Positions 8,809-18,700 of a stretch of DNA of 36,537 bases are shown piece after piece (the stretch's first letter is position 1; the number at the start of each line of letters is the position of its first letter). The DNA lies in IMG/VR virus record IMGVR_UViG_3300030095_002804, positions 1-36,537 of that record; one strand, given 5' to 3'. The notes beneath the pieces were generated by a model. It did not search any database, was not told the origin of the DNA, and saw nothing but the letters and a program-made list of their open reading frames with translations. The translations under genes and the position numbers were made by a program. Source of the stretch: a virus. Its lineage: Duplodnaviria; Caudoviricetes.

Positions 8809-9516
8809 TTATTGAGTTGTTCCACCTAGCTGTGATACTCCAATGTTCATTAAATTACTAACTCCTCCAGATATTGCTCCCCACTTAGCCTCTTCAGCCG
8901 CCTGCGCTTGCTGCATGTACGCCGCCGTCTCTTGTTGATCCATACCCAACATTGTAGCTTGTTTGCCCATTTCCATTTTTTGAGTCTGTCTATCTCCTTG
9001 TGCGATTAGATTATCTAGATTTGACGCTCCTCTTAAGTTCATTTCTTGAAGTTTACTAGCTTCTTGGGCACCAAGTTTTTGGTTTTGAGCCTCCTGAGCA
9101 CCTATACTAGCCGACTGTTTCTGTGCTGCAACTTGACCCTGTTGAGCTAGTGATTGAGCTAATGCTGCTATACCACTACCACCTGCAGCCTCTCTAAAAT
9201 TACCCATTATATTAGCTTGGGTTTGTTGAAACGAATCTCTTTCAAATTGAGCTTGCTGTTGATTAACCGTTAGATCTTCCATTGTATTTTCCATATCAAC
9301 AAATCGATTCTGTAGATTTGCAAATGGATTACTTGTGTCAAGATTTTTATAAATCTCCTTTTGAGCTTCCATTCTCTCTCTAGCTTCCTTCTCTTTCTTT
9401 TCAGCTTCCTTTTGTTTTCTATTAGCGCTAACCGCCCCGAATATGCTCGAGCCGATAGATACCGCTGCCATAGCTATTGGCAGAAACTTAAAAGGACTAT
9501 TTTTCTTTTCTTTCAT
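8809..9516 (-). CDS. Putative ejection/pilot protein 1 (235 aa)
   Basis: Hydrophobic Gly/Ala/Ser N-terminus (LPIAMAAVSIGSSIFGAVSA), a long Gln/Ala-rich coiled coil and a Gly-rich hydrophobic C-terminus. This composition is typical of small podovirus internal virion proteins. Confidence 0.65.
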   Translation of the reverse strand: MKEKKNSPFKFLPIAMAAVSIGSSIFGAVSANRKQKEAEKKEKEARERMEAQKEIYKNLDTSNPFANLQNRFVDMENTMEDLTVNQQQAQFERDSFQQTQANIMGNFREAAGGSGIAALAQSLAQQGQVAAQKQSASIGAQEAQNQKLGAQEASKLQEMNLRGASNLDNLIAQGDRQTQKMEMGKQATMLGMDQQETAAYMQQAQAAEEAKWGAISGGVSNLMNIGVSQLGGTTQ

Positions 9517-9521
9517 AGTAT

Positions 9522-9532
9522 TATAGTTACAT
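9522..9532 (-). promoter_or_regulatory. Repeated intergenic motif ATGTAACTATA, copy 1 (candidate phage promoter)
   Basis: The identical 11-mer also occurs in the intergenic gap at 23385-23395. This copy sits just upstream of the cargo gene cluster. Confidence 0.45.
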
Positions 9533-9542
9533 TTATTGCTTA

Positions 9543-9944
9543 TTATTTACTAGATTCAGTTATCTCTGCTGCTATAGAAAATAATTCTGCCTTTTGTCTA
9601 GAGTTATTCTCAATTGTTAATTCACCATAGTATCCTTTAAGTGATGACACCTCCGCCATATTGTTTTTAGCAAAGAATATAAAGTCACCAGATGCTGGTG
9701 GTGTTATAAGGGTAGCTTGAGGCTCCTCAACTGTTACTATAAAACCATTAGGATTATTCGGAACATCTGTTAGTATACTAGACACATTACCTATAAAAAC
9801 ATAAGTAGATATACCGGTGTTTAAATCATCACCAGTATCCATAGTATTATTCCACTGTGATGTAACGTTTGTTACATAGTAAGCTAAATCGTTTATGTCC
9901 AAAGATTCATTTGGACTTCCATTATTAAATTCTAAAATTACCAT
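9543..9944 (-). CDS. Small tail-associated hypothetical protein (133 aa)
   Basis: ORF packed tightly behind the 924-aa gene (1-nt gap). It is beta-rich and ends SSLKGYYGELTIENNSRQKAELFSIAAEITESSK. Confidence 0.6.
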   Translation of the reverse strand: MVILEFNNGSPNESLDINDLAYYVTNVTSQWNNTMDTGDDLNTGISTYVFIGNVSSILTDVPNNPNGFIVTVEEPQATLITPPASGDFIFFAKNNMAEVSSLKGYYGELTIENNSRQKAELFSIAAEITESSK

Positions 9945-9945
9945 A

Positions 9946-12720
9946 TTAAGTTGTTATTGTATAAACATTATCTAAATTACATGTCAGTGTAAATTCTCGC
10001 ATACCAGTAGGTAGTACGTCAGATTTTTTTGGAACACTAGTTATTAAAAGTTCATAAGTAAGTTTAACTTTAGCATTGCTAGCGTTTAGTGCTGATGAAC
10101 TCATACTTAGTATTTGCACTCCATACCCTCCAGTTTGCCTTGAGTCCATGTTAGAAAAGAAACTATAATAATCTATTTGAGCCGCTGGTAAAAATGTTGC
10201 CCATCTATGTGAACCATTTTGTAGTTCTAATTCTAATTCAACCTTGTAAGATCTACTACGTATATTATCTATATAAGTATAATGTTCGTCCCCATGGCCC
10301 AATCCAGTGGCTTCAGTGTTATAATTTAATACCTTATAATTAGAACCAGCTATTGTATGCGCTAGTGTTATTATTCGTTTTTGAGCTTGATAAAAAACAA
10401 CCCTCATTGGCTCACCAAGATCATCATCACCCCTTGCGTACCTACTAATCTTAGAGCATAAATCTTCTATTAAGTGAGTGGTATAAACTCTAGCTCTATC
10501 AAATCTTAAAGGCGTGTTGTCCGTGACATCACTAGCTTTAAAAGGATCTGTTCCTGTTAGTGTTGTATTGTTAAATTCTCTAACTCTACCAATAGGTTGC
10601 TTTTTGGTGTAATTAAATACATAGTCACCTACTTTAACATCTGTAGTTATATTATCTAAAACAATATCTCTTCTGTCTATTCCACTGTGTTCATTGACTT
10701 TTGTTCTAAATGTAGTTATCTCTGGTATTAGTTGCCTGTGAGTATATGTCCCACTTCCTCCAATTTGACCAGTAATAACAGTTATGTCTTTACCATAAAA
10801 AGTTGTTGTCTTACCGGTATTTGGCAATATAGATACATCATCAGTGTGATATATAGATTGTTTAAAATGATTTGGATTACCACTAGATTCACTAACTCCA
10901 AACGACCATTGGTCGTCAGCATAGGAACTTTCATTAAAAACGAAACCAAAATCAGAACCTGGAACACCTTTTATTACAATATCAACAAATCCACCTGTGT
11001 GATCTAATGTTGTGTTTGAAGTAGTTCTAATACTGTGTATCTCTAAATCTCTTGTTCTTGTTGTTGGGTAATCTCTGGTTTCTACTACTACCTCTGCTTT
11101 TATTTTTTTTAAACTTGATGTACTTTTGCACAACACGTTCATGTAGTAACACCAAATTTTACCATTTATCTTTTCTTTCTTCCCAACCTCTAGTTTTATG
11201 TTATCGTTGTTTTTGGTTTTTAGTGTAGGCACCTTAGATATGTATTTTGATACAACATCTTTACCATCACTATCTTCTGTTACCTCAACACTAACTTTTA
11301 ATATACCAAATCTAGTCCATTTACCCTCTACGGTTTTACCGGCTATTTTACTTATAATAATGTCATCTCCATACCTACCGTCAGCTATATCTTTTATAGT
11401 TGGTATTTTTTCTATTTTATTAAAACCAGGTCTAGGTACAATACCCACATTAACCCCTCTACTTATAATTTCATTGTTTTCCGTTGTTATTTCTATTGAA
11501 GTATCATTAACTGGTGGTGCTGGCATACCTTGAGGATCCCAATTTGGTTCATGACCTAATTTGTATGACCATTGAGGCGCTCCATCAATATCAACACTTA
11601 TTAAAACATTAGGATCAAAATTAAGAGGACCACCATCGTAAGGCGTATTACTCCAATCTTGATCAGCCCCACTAGCTATAATTTTATTAAAAATAATACC
11701 AGTAACAGTGGGATCAGAAAATGGTGGGTTGTAGTCAGAAAGAGATGGATTAAAATCCCAATCACCAGTAATTAGTGGGTTTTTAAAAACAACAAATACA
11801 TCAACAGCATTGCCTGGTAGACCTTTACCAAAATCATCCGTACCCAATGTATCAAACATAACAACATGCGAAACATGTTTGTTCCACATCTTTTCTGCCG
11901 TTAATAACGGATCTACATATGACAACTGTGGGTCAGATAAAGCATCTGTCCATATACCCTGTGGACCACCATCAACATCCATGTAATTCGAATTTGACAA
12001 CTGTTCTATTGTTGCGTTTGAAGTTGTTAAATCATTTGGATAATTTCCTGTTACCGCGAGCCACGCCGCTACATCTTGATGACCATAATCCAAGGTATTA
12101 CCTTGACTAAATATTCTATAATGTCTATTTGCGGCCCCAGCTGGCTGACCGTCCCACGCTTCAAACTCATCATCGTACCCAGCACTAGTCATCATCCAAC
12201 CACCAGGTAAAGCGTAAGGCATAATTGGTAGATTATTTATTTCGTGACCGTATGCTTTAGCAATATCAAAATCTGTCTCATCTAACTGAGCTGGAGGGCT
12301 TACTGGGTGGTATTCTGTTTTGTACAGCGGGTTGTTATAGTGAGCACGGTCATGTGGACCACTACCAAAATCTGTATCCGCTGTTTGTGTTTCTGTCAAC
12401 CACCATGTATACCCTAGTAAACCTTGATAACCACTTATTGTTAGGTCATTATGACAAATAGAGTAATAACCAACTCCAGTTTCATTCTCCGCTTCGTACA
12501 CATCATAGCAGCCATAGTCACCTTCTTCGCAGTCTTCTGTGTTAAACCACACGTCGTCAATTGCTAGGTTTTCAGCGGGTTGAACTTCCACTCTCAATCT
12601 AACAGCTCTAAACACACTTAACGCTGTACCTCCACCAGGTACAAACTCACCTGTTTGAGAAAACTTATTGTAATCTAGCCTAGTAAAATTTGTTATTTTT
12701 AATCCTTTTAAATTTCCCAT
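9946..12720 (-). CDS. Putative tail accessory/fibre-like structural protein (924 aa)
   Basis: Long ORF directly after the tail stabilisation gene. The first ~400 aa are acidic and rich in Asp/Gly/Trp/Pro, and the C-terminal half is beta-strand-rich. I recognise no specific family. Confidence 0.55.
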   Translation of the reverse strand: MGNLKGLKITNFTRLDYNKFSQTGEFVPGGGTALSVFRAVRLRVEVQPAENLAIDDVWFNTEDCEEGDYGCYDVYEAENETGVGYYSICHNDLTISGYQGLLGYTWWLTETQTADTDFGSGPHDRAHYNNPLYKTEYHPVSPPAQLDETDFDIAKAYGHEINNLPIMPYALPGGWMMTSAGYDDEFEAWDGQPAGAANRHYRIFSQGNTLDYGHQDVAAWLAVTGNYPNDLTTSNATIEQLSNSNYMDVDGGPQGIWTDALSDPQLSYVDPLLTAEKMWNKHVSHVVMFDTLGTDDFGKGLPGNAVDVFVVFKNPLITGDWDFNPSLSDYNPPFSDPTVTGIIFNKIIASGADQDWSNTPYDGGPLNFDPNVLISVDIDGAPQWSYKLGHEPNWDPQGMPAPPVNDTSIEITTENNEIISRGVNVGIVPRPGFNKIEKIPTIKDIADGRYGDDIIISKIAGKTVEGKWTRFGILKVSVEVTEDSDGKDVVSKYISKVPTLKTKNNDNIKLEVGKKEKINGKIWCYYMNVLCKSTSSLKKIKAEVVVETRDYPTTRTRDLEIHSIRTTSNTTLDHTGGFVDIVIKGVPGSDFGFVFNESSYADDQWSFGVSESSGNPNHFKQSIYHTDDVSILPNTGKTTTFYGKDITVITGQIGGSGTYTHRQLIPEITTFRTKVNEHSGIDRRDIVLDNITTDVKVGDYVFNYTKKQPIGRVREFNNTTLTGTDPFKASDVTDNTPLRFDRARVYTTHLIEDLCSKISRYARGDDDLGEPMRVVFYQAQKRIITLAHTIAGSNYKVLNYNTEATGLGHGDEHYTYIDNIRSRSYKVELELELQNGSHRWATFLPAAQIDYYSFFSNMDSRQTGGYGVQILSMSSSALNASNAKVKLTYELLITSVPKKSDVLPTGMREFTLTCNLDNVYTITT

Positions 12721-12734
12721 TTTTTATTTATATA

Positions 12735-15700
12735 TTATCCACCGTATTCATCACCCTCACCAGTGTAATTTTGTGTGCTATCTATAGATTCCGACTCATG
12801 AGGGTAGTTTTGTACGACCATAGTTTGTGGAGCATAAGTGTCATATTCACAACCAGTAAAACCATCACATGGTAAGAACGTTGTAATATTAGGTGCAAAT
12901 TCCATACCACTTGGGAACCAACCCGCTGTCATATTACCTGTGATATATTCCCCTTCTATAGCAGCTCCAGGCGCAGGTCTTCCAGCAGATTCTGTATTTG
13001 GCCAGTATAGGCTTAAATTTTCATTTGCAGCTGTACCATAAAACAAACTGTCTGGGTCATTGTCTGTAAAATCAGCTAATAGGTAATTCTGTGGATCTAC
13101 TGTTTCTGGACTTTGCCACCAATATACACCTTGAATATGCTTAGACATTTGTATTTGCGTATTTGCATTAACGTCGTAATTAGAAGCATATTGATCTAAA
13201 CAACCACAAACCCAATACATACACTCGCCTGAATACTCCCATGAATTCATCGCATAATTATTTCCATCATATATAGTTGGATCTAGTAATGTCCAGTTGT
13301 TAGAACCAGCCTCATCAATTGTGTGATAAACTGAGTAGTTTATAGCTGTTGGATCTGTACAACCACGTATTTCAGGTCTACATGACCCATCATTTTCTGT
13401 TGCTTCCGAATTGTAGTTTGCTGCGTCTGGATCCATACACCCAGAAACAATAGGATTAACACATAGATTAATATCATTTATAGCAGTAAACCAAGGCTCC
13501 CACCCAACCCAGTTTTCGCTAGGGTAGTTGTAGTCATTTTCATCCAAACAAGCATATATAGTATACGTGCAACTACCATCATCAGTTGTGGCAGCCATAT
13601 TGTAATTATTAACTTCAACAGTGTAAGGGAACTCAATCCAACCACTACCATCATCCATGCAACCTGGTACACCAACTGTAATTAAGTTTTGACAATCACC
13701 TAGTTGAGCATACTCCCCTAGGTCGTTAGTGTATTCTCCACAAGGACCACCTGCCCAACAAGGAATTTCACAATAACTTTCCATCCCAAGGACCTGCCAT
13801 TGAGGATTTGCATTACCAGGATCATCTCCACAAAACTCTTGATACGCAGGGTCTAAACAACCTGGTATTGAACAATCTTCCTGACCAGAGTAACAACAAC
13901 AATTGTCACAAGCTATAGTTGAGTTTCCATTTGGTGGACCGTTATAATTGTATGCTAGTGGATCCAAGCAGCCAACACAGTTGTAATCACAAGAACTTAA
14001 ATCTTGTTGTGTAGCGTTTTCATCATAATTGCACGCCGCAGTATCCATACAACCAACAACATAATTATCAGAATAACATGAGTCATCATCGCAAGTAGCA
14101 GCAGGATTGTAATTGTCATAAGCAGAATCTGTACAACCGTAAACACAATCAGTACAACACTCTTCTTCACTATCAGTACACCCAGGTGTCCATATTTGAT
14201 CTGGATCTGGGCAGTTTTGTATAACGCACGAGTAACCAGGTTCAACAACATATAAATCTATTTTACCCATATCGTCTTCATTATCCCAAATATCTCCATT
14301 GTAAGTAGGAGAAGAACTATCTAAGTCTTGAGACGGTGGACAAGGAACAACAACCCCTTCCCATTGACAATAACCATCAGTTGTATTACCAGCACTATAG
14401 TTTAATGTTGTTAAACCGTTCATTACTGTTAGGTTGCAACCATATTGATATGTTGAGCAATCTGTACAGAATGGCCAACAAGTTGGATAACCATTAGTGT
14501 AGTACGTCCAGTCAAAATCACCAACTGCTCCAGTAGAGTTGTCAACCGTTGATTCAGCAAATGAATTATAATTAGGTGCCATAGGATCCATGCAACCTAC
14601 CACGTTGTATACACAAGTTGAATTATTTGGCGAGTTACACTCAGGTTCTATACCATTATTGTTACCTGGCCCACAGTAGTTAGATGCTAAAGGATCCATA
14701 CATCCTAATATCTCTTGATATGTTTCTACACACTCACCTTGTATGCACGTGTACCCAATTGGACATGGTGGCACGCAGTCGTCTTCATTGCCGTCAATAT
14801 CATCATCAGGTATATAGGTTACATTTCCAACTACTCCTATACCCTGTACGCTAAATTGATCTGTTTGTATATCTAAATGCGTTCCGTGATCCCAGCTTAT
14901 TTGTTTACCTGAAATACCCTGAAACCATTTGCCTTCTTTATTTTTAAAATCAACAACATTACCTTTCTCTAAATCAGTTTCAATATGACTAACATACCAA
15001 CCTCGTCTACTAACTAGATTATCATGTTGACCATCGGTTACACTAACCATAGTCGTTAAGCTGTTAATTATAGTAGTGAAATCAACTGGCCCATCGCCTG
15101 TTGTTCCAACCTCTCCCGTGTAAGATATTACATTTGCTCCAATAAATTGATTTATTCTAGCTTGGGATCCCGTGTAGTTTATAGCTTTAAACGACTTCAC
15201 TACATCATTTTGTTCGTTGAATATAAATTTTAGAATAGAATTACTTGAACCCATTCCATAAAAATTATTTCTAGTTACATTATCTGAGTAATGCAGCCAG
15301 GTACTATTATTTTTAGCTGTTATATATTTACCTGATATTGATAAGCCTTGATCTGGTTTAAACGATTTAAAACTAACCCAACCTTTTGAAGCCTCGTTAA
15401 ATGATATTGTACTACTACTATTATTAGGATTGTTTGTTTCTAAATGTAAATTATATTCTCCTTGAACTACATCAAATGATCCTATTAAATAATCTGATCC
15501 ATGTATATTATTTCTAAACCAAGATCTCATACCAACGTCAGATATTGGTGTTAAACCATCTCTAGATAATCTTAAAGCAGCTCCTCTTTGCTTATCTGTA
15601 AAATACATTCTGTATTGATCCCAAGCTAAAGATTCTGGATTTTTTGATATACCGTAGTCACCAGCATAGGGTATAGGTGTTCCTAACACTCTATCGGTTG

Positions 15701-18700
15701 CTGTTAACTGTGGATTTCCGTCAGCATTGAATACAGCATCTTTATTTGCTAGTAACCTTAAAACTTTATCCTCAGTAAATACAACCATATCCGTGTCCCT
15801 AGCTTTTAAACGCTGTATACTACCATAAGAAGGATTTAATTCCTTTGTTATTTTCTGAGACATGTTAAATTCATTCAGATCATTAACTTGTGAAGTTGAA
15901 TTATATATACCAGAATATATCATTCCACTACCTATCTTTTCTTCACCATACCCGGAGAACGTAGTAGAAACTCTAACACCATTATCAATTTGTGGAGCAT
16001 TGTAGTCATCTCTTATTCTATCTGACTCCACGCCGTTACCGAAAGAATAGCAATTGAACCAAGGCAATTGAACTTCATTTTCGGCAACATTAATACTTAT
16101 ACCATAGTACCCGGTTGGAGTAGTTGTTGTTCTGAATGCTTTTGGTCCAGATAATAACTGTATACCGTTTAAAGGGTCAATTTCACCTGGGTTTTCTATA
16201 TTTTCAAATATAGTTGAATTAGGGGAATCATCTATCAACTCCCAAAAGTTAGTTACTTTAGCCCTAGTTACCGTACCGTTGGGATGTGTTATAACCATCC
16301 AATCACCAATATTTAGATGTGGTGTAACTAGATTATTTATGTCATAAGTGTGTAATACACCGATACCAGGGTTTCCATACATTGCGTCTCTAATAACACA
16401 AACTATAGCCTCTTCAGATTCTGTTGACATGTGGATATTAGCAACTCTTATATTATCGTAAGCTCCTCCGCCACCTCCTTGATATACCTCCACCTCTACT
16501 ATACCTTCGTCTGTTTCTCTAAAAGATTGAATCTTTGAATTTATTGGGGCAAAATCAAAAACATTATTTTCATTTAATACAAGAGGTATGGCGTTAGAAG
16601 CTTCATAATATATATCTAAATCAGCATCTTCTTTTGGTTCAGTCTCCCAGCATGCTCCTAATTCATTTCTATTACTATCATCATTGTATATTATAGCCAT
16701 ACCCTTAACCTCAGTTATCGCTACAGAGTCTCTACCGTCATGGTGCATTTGTCCACGAGGATCCCATGTTGATAAATCTAGACCAACATCACTAGTTCCA
16801 TCATCAGCTATCACAGGTAATCCAGATACTGAATTTAATTTTCTGAATTTTACTCTAGCTGTTTTTCTAAAACACTCACCAACGTTAAATAGATTGCTAT
16901 TCTCATAAGTATCACTACCAGAGGTATACTGTGAAATCTCAGGGTAATCAGGGTATATTTCCTGAAGAACCGAATGGGGGTGTGGATTTGGGTTATTTCC
17001 AGTGTATCCACCTTCGTCACAAGGCTTACATTGTTCTAAAAGTATATCTTCGCCTTCCATATCAACCTCCCCAATCCAACTAGCAAAATCAACATCAGCT
17101 GTCACGTTCCCAGTTAAAGATGTTGAGTAGTTTGTTGCTTCTCCCCCATTAATTCCGAAAGCAAACTCGACATCAGTAATTTGGTATATAGTGTCTTGAG
17201 CACCCCATCTAAAAGTTTTATCAACCGTTGTTAGTAAGCTATATAATTGTATAGCGTCGTCACTACCTTCAGATAGTCTAGATATAGTCATTTCACCATA
17301 CGTCTGCACACCATCAACCACACCAGCGTTTCCAACGCTCATTGATGTGGGTTTATGAAAATGAGGATAATCTGAATCGGTGAAAGAAGGGAATTTCATA
17401 TACCTAGCTCTAGAGCCATCAATAAAAGCTAAACCACCACCACCTTCTTGCTCACCTGATAAACCAAATCCCGTTGGCATTATTGGTGCATTGTCTCCAT
17501 TCCAGAGCTTTATTCTAGTAGGACCGTTATTAAATTTATACGTTCCCCAAAAATTCTTAGTCATGTTATTAGCGTGATGTGTGCAAGACGCAAAAGCGCC
17601 ATAGTTAGCAGCTGTGTTAAACTCTTCACTAGAATCATCTTGCCTTAACTTTGATATTTCTTCCATAAAACCACCACAACCATATGTATATCCATCACCA
17701 CTAACAGTATAACCTTCACCACAAGGAAAGTGACTAGGGTGATACCATGTTTCCTCTGGTGTACCACCGTTAGCAGAGGAGCCAATACAAGTACATGCTT
17801 CAAATCCTCTATAGTCAGCAGAGAAAGTTTGATCTCCTGCTCCCCAACCTTTAAAATGCTTACCATTACGCGCGTAATCCCATAGCCATGCTCCTAAAAC
17901 ACTTACATCTGGAGAAACAATATCATCAGCTGTAAAAACAGATCCACTCCATGGGCCCCAACTTCTACCTCCAGATTGAACACCGCACCAACTTAAGACT
18001 CTATTTTCAAATAGTGAAGCATCACCATCACTTTCCCAATCTCCGGAACTAAGGTTCCTAGACATTGTTACGTTTGGAAATTTATATTGAAACCAGCTAT
18101 AAGAATCACCGTCATCATAAGCATTTGTTGTATCATTAGCGGATTCGCCAAATAAAGCTGGTACGCCAGAGTATGGGCCAACAGTAGCCTCATTATTTAC
18201 AGTACTAGATATATAAGCTAAACTATAAGTTCCTTGTGGTAACCATTGGTTATTTAAACCAAAAGACATAACACCCGTTCTCAAAACTTCGTCTTGATCT
18301 ATTTTTACAAAAAACTTACCATCGAACTCAGGTTTGTTCTCTATTTCAACTTCCATGAATTCTATAGAATAAACAAGATCCGCTGCGTTTAGTGGATAAC
18401 CATTTATATCTGTAGCCTCACCATCTCCTGATGTTCCCCAGTAACTATACATATCAGCATCCATGAACCATTTTTCAGCCCAAGTTATTCTAACGGATTG
18501 GCCATTATTGATAGCTCTGTGATTTGTTAGTAATCTCCACTGTGAATTTCTTTGAAAAGCATTATACATAACACCATCTTCATCTTGCTTCCAAGACTTA
18601 CCAACAATCCTAATATAAACCTTTTTAACACCTCCAACTTGGTCAAAACCTGACGAATAGGTAGTGCCACTACTTGTAATTGATTCAGTACCAAAAGCAT

